A stretch of DNA of 64,000 nucleotides, taken from positions 64,001 through 128,000 of IMG/VR virus record IMGVR_UViG_3300045988_034373; one strand, given 5' to 3'. Each line of letters opens with the position of its first letter. Within the stretch, counting starts at the first letter, position 1. This DNA comes from a virus. Below the pieces are notes generated by a model. The model worked only from the letters and a program-made list of their open reading frames with translations, was not told the DNA's origin and did not search any database. Position numbers and translations under genes: made by a program. Below are positions 26,265-35,153 of this stretch, piece after piece.

Positions 26265-27466
26265 TGGATATTCTAGTTAGTAAAGACAATAAGGGTAAAA
26301 TCAGAGTTGTTGAGATTGACTATGAATGGGATGATTCGAGGAGAGGCTTTGTAATAAGAAGACGTACTTATCAATATGCTGGTAAAGTATCAGTTCAGCC
26401 AGAAATCTGGATATTTACAGGTAAGGCTAAGCGAACTGTTACTGAGCAAGTTAAATTGGAGTATGCTTCCCATTTGAAGAAGTATCAAGATAAAGGATAT
26501 AAGCTATTACCATCTAACATCAGCATTGATGATAGTAAGGCAGTAGCTGATTTCGTCCAAGAACAGATGGGCGAAGGTGTTTCTGACTCTAATGGGTTTA
26601 AGAAGCATATGTTGGCTAAACAAGCTGACAAAGTTGCAACCAGTGTATTCGATAAGATTAAATACTGGTGGGGAAGTAGAAAGATAGATGGAGTTAGATG
26701 CTCCTTCTACTGGAAGGATGGAGAAGTAAGAACTGCCTCTAGAGGAGGTGGTAATTATGACCCTTCTACTTCCTTTATACGCCACAACCCAAAACTTATC
26801 CAATTCTTTAAGGACCATCCTGATATTGTACTAGACGGTGAGCTATATGAACATGGCAAATCTCTACAGCAAATCAGTGGTGCAGCAAGACTGGAGAAGG
26901 ATACAGCTGGAATGGATTGGCTTGAATATTACGTCTATGATGTAATGGATAGTACCAAGACATTTGAAGAGCGGTTAGACATTCTCCATGATATTGCTAA
27001 TGAGTTGGGCTTAGGCTTTGACCCAGAAAGGCAATGGGCTGAAGGGGATTTAAAGTTCCAAATGGTTCCACAAGAGAAGGTTGTTGGTTGGGCAAACATA
27101 CAAAAGCTACATGACAAGTATGTAGGTGAAGGCTTTGAGGGAATAGTTATTCGTGACCCTTCTAAAGTATATAACTTTGGAGGAAGAACCAATGCTATGA
27201 TTAAAGTCAAAATGTATAAAGATGCTGAATTTAAAATCGTTGGTTATGAAGATGGCTTACGTCCAGAAGACATGGTGTTCGTATGCGAGACTGAATTAGG
27301 TATTAAGTTTGAAGCTAAACCTATGGGTCCTCGTGAATTAAAATGGGAATACCTTGACAGAATGGATGAAATCATTGGTAAGATGGCTACTGTAAAGTAT
27401 TTCTATCTTAGCGATGAAGGTTGTCCTCTACAGCCAGTTCTAAAATGTATTAGGGACTATGAGTAA
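26264..27466 (+). CDS. ATP-dependent DNA ligase
   Basis: Motif I is SRKIDGVR (KxDG), motif III is VLDGELY, motif IV is EGIVIRD and motif V is MIKVKM. Confidence 0.9.
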   Translation: MDILVSKDNKGKIRVVEIDYEWDDSRRGFVIRRRTYQYAGKVSVQPEIWIFTGKAKRTVTEQVKLEYASHLKKYQDKGYKLLPSNISIDDSKAVADFVQEQMGEGVSDSNGFKKHMLAKQADKVATSVFDKIKYWWGSRKIDGVRCSFYWKDGEVRTASRGGGNYDPSTSFIRHNPKLIQFFKDHPDIVLDGELYEHGKSLQQISGAARLEKDTAGMDWLEYYVYDVMDSTKTFEERLDILHDIANELGLGFDPERQWAEGDLKFQMVPQEKVVGWANIQKLHDKYVGEGFEGIVIRDPSKVYNFGGRTNAMIKVKMYKDAEFKIVGYEDGLRPEDMVFVCETELGIKFEAKPMGPRELKWEYLDRMDEIIGKMATVKYFYLSDEGCPLQPVLKCIRDYE

Positions 27467-27704
27467 TTACAAAATACCCTATCGTTATGATGTGCATTGG
27501 GGTTTCATTGATAATCAGATTGAGCTTAATCCAGAGGATTACCTTGGTTATGATGATGAATGCGACCTGAACGATGCAGTTTACGATGCAATATGGGATA
27601 GCTTTAGTGTCGGAGACTTAGATATAGACCAGGCAGAAATGGACTTTAGTCTGCCTAAGGAATTTATTGATGAGTGGAAGAGACTTAAAGGCTATGAAAT
27701 ATGA
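27459..27704 (+). CDS. hypothetical acidic protein
   Basis: 81-aa ORF. Confidence 0.5.
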   Translation: MSNYKIPYRYDVHWGFIDNQIELNPEDYLGYDDECDLNDAVYDAIWDSFSVGDLDIDQAEMDFSLPKEFIDEWKRLKGYEI

Positions 27705-27999
27705 TATTCCTAGTAAGGTTAGAATAGCTAATCACTGGTATAAAGTTATACTATGCGATTTTATAGATAATGGTGATACATTTGGTTCTCACTGCAATTT
27801 AAAGCTTGAAATCAAAGTAGCAGAATGTATGAAAACTGATGATGGAGAGACTGTTAATCTAACTGAAGAGCAGATTAAGAATTCTTTCTGGCATGAGGTA
27901 TTCCATGCGTTTAACTATTACTATAACAATAGGCAAGATGAGTCGTTAGCACAAACATTCGCCAACTTTATGCGTGAATTTGAACTTACACGAGAATGA
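27694..27999 (+). CDS. small HExxH zinc-metallopeptidase-like protein
   Basis: Contains FWHEVFHAF (HExxH). Start ATG27694 is preferred over 27667. Confidence 0.5.
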   Translation: MKYDIPSKVRIANHWYKVILCDFIDNGDTFGSHCNLKLEIKVAECMKTDDGETVNLTEEQIKNSFWHEVFHAFNYYYNNRQDESLAQTFANFMREFELTRE

Positions 28000-28016
28000 A
28001 TTATATTGTAGTTTTT

Positions 28017-28049
28017 AGAAGAAGAGGGATTTTAATGTCCCTCTTCTTT
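28017..28049 (+). promoter_or_regulatory. stable hairpin with a start codon in its loop
   Basis: AGAAGAGGGA (28020-28029) pairs perfectly with TCCCTCTTCT (28038-28047). The loop TTTTAATG contains ATG28035. Only a weak T tract follows. Confidence 0.4.
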
Positions 28050-28247
28050 GCTTATAGAGACGAATCTGATATTGTCTATAAGGATGATACATTGATTCGT
28101 AACGTAGATGACGTTATTAAAGCGATGGATGAATATTTCTCTCCTGATGATGGTGAATACGTAATAAGGGAAACCTTCTTAGATTCATACGCATTTAGGG
28201 AGGATAATCAAGCTATCACTGAACATTTAAGAAAGTTCTTACATTGA
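28035..28247 (+). CDS. hypothetical protein
   Basis: ATG28035 lies in the loop of the 28017-28049 hairpin (MSLFFAYRDESD...). The track start at 27996 would include the hairpin. Confidence 0.45.
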   Translation: MSLFFAYRDESDIVYKDDTLIRNVDDVIKAMDEYFSPDDGEYVIRETFLDSYAFREDNQAITEHLRKFLH

Positions 28248-28552
28248 AGAAAGTAACGTTCCTTAAATTGTTAGACCTTATATCAAATGTAGGTAAGGAT
28301 ACAGAGAAGTTAGAAGAGCTTGGTATTGATGTATGTGAAAGTACATTAGTTAATGGTATGTGCGAGTTATTCGATGCTGTCATGGAAGATGCTTATGGTC
28401 AAGAAGGACTCGAATGGGTTCAATGGTGGGTGTATGAGAAATCACGTAACCCAGAGCTTAAAGCGTTTGAAACTGATGAGCATGGCAACGATGTTGAAAT
28501 AATTCGTAGTGTCGATGAACTGTATGAATATCTTGAAGAACATCATAGCTGA
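28244..28552 (+). CDS. hypothetical protein
   Basis: 102-aa ORF. Its TTG start overlaps the upstream TGA. Confidence 0.5.
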   Translation: MKKVTFLKLLDLISNVGKDTEKLEELGIDVCESTLVNGMCELFDAVMEDAYGQEGLEWVQWWVYEKSRNPELKAFETDEHGNDVEIIRSVDELYEYLEEHHS

Positions 28553-28605
28553 GACTGTTTGCTTAGTAGAATCTAAGTTTCACTTTATAAATATTAAAGG
28601 TAACA

Positions 28606-28815
28606 ATGGAAGTAAAACAGTTTGATTTTGGAGAGGCATTGTCCTTTCTAAAGAGTGGTCTCAAAGTGACTAATCCAAGAGGCAACGTCCTCTTTATGGA
28701 GAATGGTAAAGTGTATTGTATTCCTAAAGCTCAATACCCCAAAGGTAGAAGGGAAGAAGTGAAACTCTACTGGGATGCTATCCTCCGTGAAGATTGGAGT
28801 CTATTCGAGGAATAG
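28606..28815 (+). CDS. DUF2829-like small protein (Tad2-like?)
   Basis: N-terminal FDFGEALSFLKSGLKV and C-terminal ILREDWSLFEE match my memory of the DUF2829 signature (F-x-E-A-L...LK-x-G-x-K-V ... D-x-x-A-x-DW). Confidence 0.5.
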   Translation: MEVKQFDFGEALSFLKSGLKVTNPRGNVLFMENGKVYCIPKAQYPKGRREEVKLYWDAILREDWSLFEE

Positions 28816-28881
28816 TCACTTCATCTTACAGATTACCTAATACAAAGATTATTAAGTATGGGTTTTCTAAATTTGCTTTAA

Positions 28882-30243
28882 ATGCAATTAACTCAATCAC
28901 CAAAATTTAACAGAAATTATGCTGCAAAGATTGTAGAGATTAAGGAGTTTATTAAACATCCTAATCCAAAGTGTGAGAGATTAAAATGTTGTACAATCGA
29001 CGGCTATTCTATTGCTGTAAGTATTGATACCAATCCTGGTACATATGTTTACTTCCCTATAGAATGTGCTATTGATGATAGGTTCCTATCTGCCAATAAT
29101 CTCTTTAGAGATAAGATTAAGAACTTCGACAAAGAACAGGCTGGATTCTTTGAAGATAACTGTAGGGTGAAGATAATCAAACTACAAGGTTATCCTTCAG
29201 AAGGGTTCATTGCTCCGATTACCTACCTATATAACTGGCTTACTTTAATTGGTAAGAAGAATGAGGTGGTACATAAGGTTGCTCCTGGCACTGAGTTTGA
29301 CTCTGTGGATGGAGAAATCCTATGCAGGAAGTATGTTCCTAAGACTACTTATACTCCTGGTCAACCAAGAGAAGGTGGCAAAGTTAGGAAGAAACTTAAT
29401 AGAGTAAAGAAAGTAATTGATACTCAATTTAGGTTTCATTATGACACTACTCTTATTAAGAAGTGTCCGTCAGTCATTCATCCCAATGACATTATAAGCA
29501 TTACTGCTAAGGTTCATGGAACCTCTGGTATATCTGCTTATGTATTGTGCGAAAGACCTAAGAAGTGGTATGAGAAAGTATTTGAGTTTCTAACTCGTAA
29601 AGAGATAGATGATACTCGATATGATTATCTGTGGTCTTCAAGGTCCGTAGTTAAGAACCCATATTACAATGAAACTACTAGTGGTGGTTTCTACGGAGTG
29701 GACGTATGGAAGTATGCAGATGATGTTGTTAGACCTCATCTACAGAAAGGAATGACAGCTTACTACGAGATAGTAGGTTATCTACCAAATGGTGGTGCAA
29801 TTCAGAAGTTAGGTGGTAAAGCATTTGATTATGGATTTGAACCTCCGAGAAGTGCAGATAGGTATAAGTATGGAGAGAACTTTGGAATACAAATCTATCG
29901 TTTGACCTATACTAACCCTGACGGACGTGTATATGAGTTTAGTGCAAGACAGGTGCAACAATGGTGTGCCAAAGAAGGCTTAAAGCCTGTAGAGGAATAT
30001 TACTATGGCTATGCTAAAGACTTATATCCAGACTTAGATATTGCTGAGCACTGGAATGAGAACTTCCTACAGAAGTTAGCTAGTGATAAGAATTTCTTCA
30101 TGGAGTGTGAATCTCCAACCTGTAACAATAAAGTATCTCATGAAGGCATTGTTATTAAGATTGAAAACTCTCTATCCGAAGCCTATAAGCTGAAGTGTAT
30201 TAAATTCTTGGAAGGAGAATCTAAATCACTGGATAAGGGTTGA
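28882..30243 (+). CDS. RNA ligase (Rnl2/DRB0094-like nucleotidyltransferase)
   Basis: Motif I is AKVHGTSG (compare KIHGTN in T4 Rnl2). Motif III-like is YYEIVGY, motif IV is HEGIVIKI and motif V is YKLKCIKF. Confidence 0.7.
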   Translation: MQLTQSPKFNRNYAAKIVEIKEFIKHPNPKCERLKCCTIDGYSIAVSIDTNPGTYVYFPIECAIDDRFLSANNLFRDKIKNFDKEQAGFFEDNCRVKIIKLQGYPSEGFIAPITYLYNWLTLIGKKNEVVHKVAPGTEFDSVDGEILCRKYVPKTTYTPGQPREGGKVRKKLNRVKKVIDTQFRFHYDTTLIKKCPSVIHPNDIISITAKVHGTSGISAYVLCERPKKWYEKVFEFLTRKEIDDTRYDYLWSSRSVVKNPYYNETTSGGFYGVDVWKYADDVVRPHLQKGMTAYYEIVGYLPNGGAIQKLGGKAFDYGFEPPRSADRYKYGENFGIQIYRLTYTNPDGRVYEFSARQVQQWCAKEGLKPVEEYYYGYAKDLYPDLDIAEHWNENFLQKLASDKNFFMECESPTCNNKVSHEGIVIKIENSLSEAYKLKCIKFLEGESKSLDKG

Positions 30244-30491
30244 AGTGGACATTGAAACTGAATCATAAAGTGAAATTTAAGCTTGAATATGTAATGGAAG
30301 TGGATGATTTGGAATTGCTTGAGTTAGTCAATGACTATCAAGAGCGTTCTGATGAACCCACTTTCAATACATTAGACGACATTCCAGAGGCTCTAATGAT
30401 AGAAGCCTTAGATGAAGCTAATTACATAGAAGACGAGATTAATGATTATATGATGGTAGAGGACATCTCAATTACTAAACTTGTTAAATAA
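30240..30491 (+). CDS. hypothetical acidic protein
   Basis: TTG start overlaps the ligase TGA. An internal ATG start is possible. Confidence 0.45.
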   Translation: MKWTLKLNHKVKFKLEYVMEVDDLELLELVNDYQERSDEPTFNTLDDIPEALMIEALDEANYIEDEINDYMMVEDISITKLVK

Positions 30492-30802
30492 TGAAACGGT
30501 TTCTAATACACGTTAGCACCTACTGGTGTGGAATGGACAACACATTCAGGGCAATGGCTGAGAGTGAGTTGGATTTATATGATACAGCTCAAGACTTAGC
30601 TTATGAGAACTTCCAATCCTATGGGTGCGAAGCCGATATAGCTGAAGAAGAGGGCTATGACCCAGACGAAATGGAAGATTCGGACTGGGACAAGCTGTGG
30701 GAGACAGTTGATGAATCTCAGTACTATAACTTCACTATTGAAGAGTTCGAAGGAACTAATGAAGAGTGGGAAGAGTACGGAGGAGAAATCTATAACGCAT
30801 AA
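30491..30802 (+). CDS. hypothetical acidic protein
   Basis: 103-aa ORF with a very acidic C-terminal half (DPDEMEDSDWDKLWETVDE...). Confidence 0.5.
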   Translation: MKRFLIHVSTYWCGMDNTFRAMAESELDLYDTAQDLAYENFQSYGCEADIAEEEGYDPDEMEDSDWDKLWETVDESQYYNFTIEEFEGTNEEWEEYGGEIYNA

Positions 30803-31560
30803 TGGAAGATTTTAAATTCTACGAAGTTGGTGGTAAGATACGTGATGAACTATTAGGTCTTACTAACAAAGACGTTGATTACGTAGCTGTGCCTACAGAG
30901 GCAGTCTATAGTAAAATTCACCCATGTGAAGCTCAGCTTAGTCCAGCTCAACTAATGTTCAAAGCATTAAAGAGCTACTTAGAAGAGCAGAAGTTTGAAA
31001 TCTTCTTAGTAACTCCAGAGTGCTACACTATACGTGCTAAATTCCCAGAAGGGTATAAGTATCAAGGTGTGGCAGACTTTGTAATGGCTAGGAAAGAAGT
31101 AGGATATGTCCCAGGTACTAGGACTCCTATTGTAGAGCCAGGAAACCTCTATGATGATTTATCACGTAGAGATTTTACTGTTAATGCGATGGCTAAAGAC
31201 CCTGATACTGGAGAGATTATAGACTACTTTGGTGGTATGGAAGACTTAAAGGATAGGATTCTAAGAACCCCTCTTGACCCAGTTGTAACCTTCGATGATG
31301 ACCCTTTAAGGATAATCAGGGGTGTTAGGTTTGCTGTTACTAAAGGGTTTGACTTTAGCGATGAGGTTCATTCAGCTATAGAGAATTATGATTACTATAC
31401 TAAGATGAAAGTAGTCTCTGAGGAGAGAATTAGGGAAGAGTTACTTAAATGCTTTAAGTATGATACTCATACTACGCTGATGTGGCTTTTCCTTGTAGGC
31501 TTAGATGAATATATCTTTAACGAAACCAATATCTGGCTTAAGCCAACTAATGAGAAATGA
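30802..31560 (+). CDS. tRNA nucleotidyltransferase (CCA-adding enzyme / PolyA-pol head domain), short form
   Basis: Motifs are GGKIRDELLGLTNKDVDYV (GGxVRDxLLG..DxD), RRDFTVNAMA and DPLRIIRGVRFA. Confidence 0.8.
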   Translation: MEDFKFYEVGGKIRDELLGLTNKDVDYVAVPTEAVYSKIHPCEAQLSPAQLMFKALKSYLEEQKFEIFLVTPECYTIRAKFPEGYKYQGVADFVMARKEVGYVPGTRTPIVEPGNLYDDLSRRDFTVNAMAKDPDTGEIIDYFGGMEDLKDRILRTPLDPVVTFDDDPLRIIRGVRFAVTKGFDFSDEVHSAIENYDYYTKMKVVSEERIREELLKCFKYDTHTTLMWLFLVGLDEYIFNETNIWLKPTNEK

Positions 31561-31907
31561 CGGAGTATAAAGTTCCAACTGACTACGAACTTGATGCATT
31601 AGCTGAAGATTATGTGTGTTCTCTAAATGACGATGAGCTGCCTATAAGGGAGGAAGACTTAACTGAAGAATGTTTGAGAGATATCCTCAATGGCAGTGGA
31701 TATGAGTTTGTAGAAGGGCAAATGAGTGACCTAATAGGTTATATATTATCTAGCTCTGAAGCTGCTTATAACCAAGTTAAAGATGAGGCAATATGCGATT
31801 TTAAGTGTTCACTAGACAGAGTTATCTCAGATGCAAGTAGGGTACTGTCCGATGAGGACAAGTTAAAGATTATGATTGAAGTGGCTAGTAGCTTCTGCTA
31901 CACATAA
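31557..31907 (+). CDS. hypothetical acidic protein
   Basis: 116-aa ORF with an ATGA overlap. Confidence 0.5.
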   Translation: MTEYKVPTDYELDALAEDYVCSLNDDELPIREEDLTEECLRDILNGSGYEFVEGQMSDLIGYILSSSEAAYNQVKDEAICDFKCSLDRVISDASRVLSDEDKLKIMIEVASSFCYT

Positions 31908-31917
31908 ACCATGATGG

Positions 31918-32838
31918 ATGGAAACAAGACAGTTAATAATCTGTAGAGGTATTCAAGGCTCAGGTAAATCTACTTGGGCTAAGCAATGGTGTCATGAAGA
32001 CCCAGAGCATAGAGTTAGATTCAATAACGATGATGTTCGTAATATGTTAGGTGACTATTGGGTTCCTAACAGAGAGAAGGTTGTTACTGCAACTTATAAC
32101 ACTGTACTAGCTTATAGTATGGAGAAAGGTTATAATATTGTAGTTGATAACATGAACCTTAATCCTAAGACTTGTACTGAGTTAGAGAAGATGGTTAAGG
32201 ACTTTAACGAGAATTATATCTATGATTGGAAGTATGAAGTTGAATACAAAGACTTCTTCATCCCAGTTGAAGAGTGTATTCGTCGTGATGCTATGAGACC
32301 TAATCCAATAGGAGAGAAGGTTATTAAAGCAACCTGGAGAAGGTATCGTGATTTTATTATCCAAGAAGATATTAAAGGTATGTTAAAGAGAGCACCTAAG
32401 CATGTAGATGGCGGACGTCCTGTTATATTAGTAGACATGGACGCTACATTATGTCTAAATACCACTGGTAGACCTTACTTCGGAGAAGGCGCAGCTGAGG
32501 GTATGCTGGATGATATAGCTATCGAAGGTACTTGTATGCTTGTTAGACGTATGTATGAGAAGTGTAAGGTATTCATTGTTACTGGTAGGGAAGGTACTCC
32601 AGAAATCATAGCTGCCACTAAGAAGTGGTTAGCTAAGCATGATGTTGTTGTCGATGAGTTATTCTTTAGACCAGTTAAGGATTATAGTCCTGGAGCTGAT
32701 TGTAAGAAGAAAATCTATGAGGATAATATCAAAGGTAAGTATAATGTTCAATTCGTTCTTGAGGATAACTATAAGTGTGTCAAGATGTGGAGAGAACAAG
32801 GCTTAGTATGCTTGCAACCTAATGAAGGAAAGTTCTAA
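31918..32838 (+). CDS. polynucleotide 5'-kinase / 3'-phosphatase (T4 Pnkp-like)
   Basis: N-terminal P-loop is CRGIQGSGKSTWA. The C-terminal HAD phosphatase has ILVDMDATLC (DxDxT) and IVTGREG. Confidence 0.8.
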   Translation: METRQLIICRGIQGSGKSTWAKQWCHEDPEHRVRFNNDDVRNMLGDYWVPNREKVVTATYNTVLAYSMEKGYNIVVDNMNLNPKTCTELEKMVKDFNENYIYDWKYEVEYKDFFIPVEECIRRDAMRPNPIGEKVIKATWRRYRDFIIQEDIKGMLKRAPKHVDGGRPVILVDMDATLCLNTTGRPYFGEGAAEGMLDDIAIEGTCMLVRRMYEKCKVFIVTGREGTPEIIAATKKWLAKHDVVVDELFFRPVKDYSPGADCKKKIYEDNIKGKYNVQFVLEDNYKCVKMWREQGLVCLQPNEGKF

Positions 32839-33006
32839 TGGCAATATTAGTAGGACAGCTAATTGAAATACTGAAACAATTCGACCCTGATAGAGAAGTG
32901 GTAATACACACTCTTTAAAAATGTTGACGTTAATGGGTACTTTGTGCAGAAAGATATAAATGATACCAATTTTTTACTTAACAGACTTAGACGTAATTCC
33001 ACGTGA
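32838..33006 (+). CDS. small hypothetical protein, contiguous only with a +1 shift at CTT-T-AAA (32913-32919)
   Basis: MAILVGQLIEILKQFDPDREVVIHTL then TAA. The +1 frame continues KNVDVNGYFVQKDINDTNFLLNRLRRNST and stops in a GTGA overlap with the next gene start. Confidence 0.35.
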
Positions 33007-33341
33007 CTGATTTGGATAAGAGGTTCTTAACTAATACTGATGAAACTGGTAGGTTTATTGTTAAATCTCTAGTTACTGGCAAGAAGTATTATGTTGAACC
33101 AATAGGCAATGGACACCCTGCTGATTGGGGTGATATTAACCCTGCTACTAAGAAGGTAGAGGGAGATTATGGTCAGAAATATACTGGCTGTGTATCTGAG
33201 AAGGAATCATTAATAACTCCTGAGAATGGTTTCAAACTTATTGAAACTCTTGAAGCTGGTATGAGTCCACTTAGTGTAGTATATCAAAGAGATTTGGAAT
33301 ATGAGAAACTAATGGACAAATCAAATGAAATTCAAGGGTGA
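33003..33341 (+). CDS. hypothetical protein
   Basis: GTG start. 112 aa. Confidence 0.5.
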   Translation: MTDLDKRFLTNTDETGRFIVKSLVTGKKYYVEPIGNGHPADWGDINPATKKVEGDYGQKYTGCVSEKESLITPENGFKLIETLEAGMSPLSVVYQRDLEYEKLMDKSNEIQG

Positions 33342-33864
33342 TATTATTATAACAGACCCATGTTATATAATTAAAGAAGACTCTGATGATTGGAGTAAGT
33401 GTGGTTGGGGTGAGAGCATGAGTGTACTAGGTCTTACAACCTATATCTCTGAATCTACTCTTTATGGTGATTGGAGTTGTTCTACTTGGTCTACACCTCG
33501 TAAGGATGTAGAAGCACAGTTAGAAGAGCTTAATACTCTAGGAAGAGCAAGATGGGAACTTATGAAGCAGTATGGAGAAGACTCAGTTCAAGCTAAAATC
33601 TACGATGATAAGATAGCTGATGCATCTTTAAACATCAAGAAAATTGGACACTTCTGTGCTGATGCTGGTATGGTGGCTGTGTTCCTATTGGACGAAGTAT
33701 TGAAATATAATCCCGACTTCGATTATCATATTAACAGAGAGTGGACTACTACACTAATCAAAGACTTTGATGGTGAAGTAAACTACTACGTTGATAATGA
33801 AGATGATGCTCACATCATCGGAGTAGGTAATGTTAACTTCTTCACTACACAAACAGGATTCTAA
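33325..33864 (+). CDS. hypothetical protein
   Basis: 179-aa ORF. No motif recognised. Confidence 0.55.
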   Translation: MKFKGDIIITDPCYIIKEDSDDWSKCGWGESMSVLGLTTYISESTLYGDWSCSTWSTPRKDVEAQLEELNTLGRARWELMKQYGEDSVQAKIYDDKIADASLNIKKIGHFCADAGMVAVFLLDEVLKYNPDFDYHINREWTTTLIKDFDGEVNYYVDNEDDAHIIGVGNVNFFTTQTGF

Positions 33865-33865
33865 T

Positions 33866-34108
33866 ATGAAATTCAATTTGTACGAAGACGTAAAGGTATG
33901 TACTTGGCGTAGATACTCTTACGAAGTAGAAGCTGAAACATTAGAGGAAGCTGTTGAGCTGGTTAGAGATGGGGAGGTAGATAGTACTGACATGGAAGAG
34001 TTCTATGATGCTGACTACTTTCTAACTCCTGCAAACAATGAAGGTCGTGCCACACAAGAAATCTATTCAGCTAAAGATGATAAATTGTTGTACTCAAATA
34101 CAGATTAA
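33866..34108 (+). CDS. hypothetical protein
   Basis: ATG33866 lies just after the upstream TAA (MKFNLYEDVKV...). Confidence 0.5.
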   Translation: MKFNLYEDVKVCTWRRYSYEVEAETLEEAVELVRDGEVDSTDMEEFYDADYFLTPANNEGRATQEIYSAKDDKLLYSNTD

Positions 34109-34110
34109 CA

Positions 34111-34869
34111 ATGTATAAGTTTAATGGAGGAAATGGCGCTGTAGTCTGTGATGGATGTAGTGTCATTATGGAACAGAATATTCCATTTGATAAGTATCGT
34201 AAGGAGCATAGTGGTTATGACTTCTGCGAACAATGCCTAAGTAATCTTACTATAGTGGATAACTTTGATATGATTGAGAATATCTTGGAATTTAACAACC
34301 AAGATGAGTTCTACTTTCTACAGATTATCCAACGTAAGAAAGATGGCAATGTAACTCAAATTGGAAACAATGGTTATAGAACTATCAAGACTTACTATAT
34401 CTTTAGTAAAGACCAGTTCCTAACCAAGAAAGAGAAGATTAAAGAACTATGCCTCAAGAATAATGCTAGAGCATACATCCATCTTAATAGAAGGAATGCT
34501 CAAGAGGTAGCATTGGCTTCAATCCAACAATATGCCAAATTAGTTTCAGAAGGTAACTCTTACCAGGGTTACAGAGTATGGGATAGTGCGTGTGGTGGAA
34601 ATAGAGCTAGAGGCTATAAACCATTGTGGGTGGTTGATGTAGACTCCAAAGACCCAGAATATTTAAAGACAGTTATTGAACTGGTTAATGAATGTAGGGG
34701 TGCTGAGGAGAATAAGGTAAGGTATCAAATTCCTACACTACATGGTTATCATCTAATAACTATTGGATTCGATGTTCAACAGTTCAGCCAAAAGCTGGCT
34801 ATTAAGAACATGGACCCGATTGATATTCAGAAGGATAATCCTACTTTGTTGTATTATGCAACTGTTTAA
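34111..34869 (+). CDS. hypothetical protein with N-terminal CxxC...CxxC zinc ribbon
   Basis: Contains VCDGCSV...FCEQCLS. The C-terminal WVVDVDSKD...TLHGYHLIT is noted but not assigned. Confidence 0.55.
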   Translation: MYKFNGGNGAVVCDGCSVIMEQNIPFDKYRKEHSGYDFCEQCLSNLTIVDNFDMIENILEFNNQDEFYFLQIIQRKKDGNVTQIGNNGYRTIKTYYIFSKDQFLTKKEKIKELCLKNNARAYIHLNRRNAQEVALASIQQYAKLVSEGNSYQGYRVWDSACGGNRARGYKPLWVVDVDSKDPEYLKTVIELVNECRGAEENKVRYQIPTLHGYHLITIGFDVQQFSQKLAIKNMDPIDIQKDNPTLLYYATV

Positions 34870-34928
34870 GGCTTTAGAAATAAGTGCTGTATTAGATTAC
34901 TCGTTAGGATTTATAAAAGCAAAACACA

Positions 34929-35153
34929 ATGAGTAATTTACCATTAGGAGCAGAGAATGACCCTTTTGCTCCGTACAACGTTCAAGAAGAGACGTTCAAA
35001 TTTGACTTGGGTGTTAAAGGTATAGCATGGTATGAATACTATGGCTATTTAGACATTGATGAAGCTAAGGAGACTATTAAGCAACGTCTTACAGCAGCTT
35101 TATCACAGCTTGGAGATATTGATATTAATGATGTAGACATAGCTATATATTAA
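34929..35153 (+). CDS. hypothetical protein
   Basis: 74-aa ORF. Its stop overlaps the polymerase start (TAATG). Confidence 0.5.
   Translation: MSNLPLGAENDPFAPYNVQEETFKFDLGVKGIAWYEYYGYLDIDEAKETIKQRLTAALSQLGDIDINDVDIAIY

Noticed and set aside
34600-34869. WVVDVDSKD ... TLHGYHLIT ... DIQKD in ORF 34111-34869, considered as primase-polymerase (AEP) motifs I-III.
   Set aside because: The spacing is compatible, but the match rests on three very short strings. The rest of the protein does not resemble AEPs as I remember them. It needs a profile search before any call.
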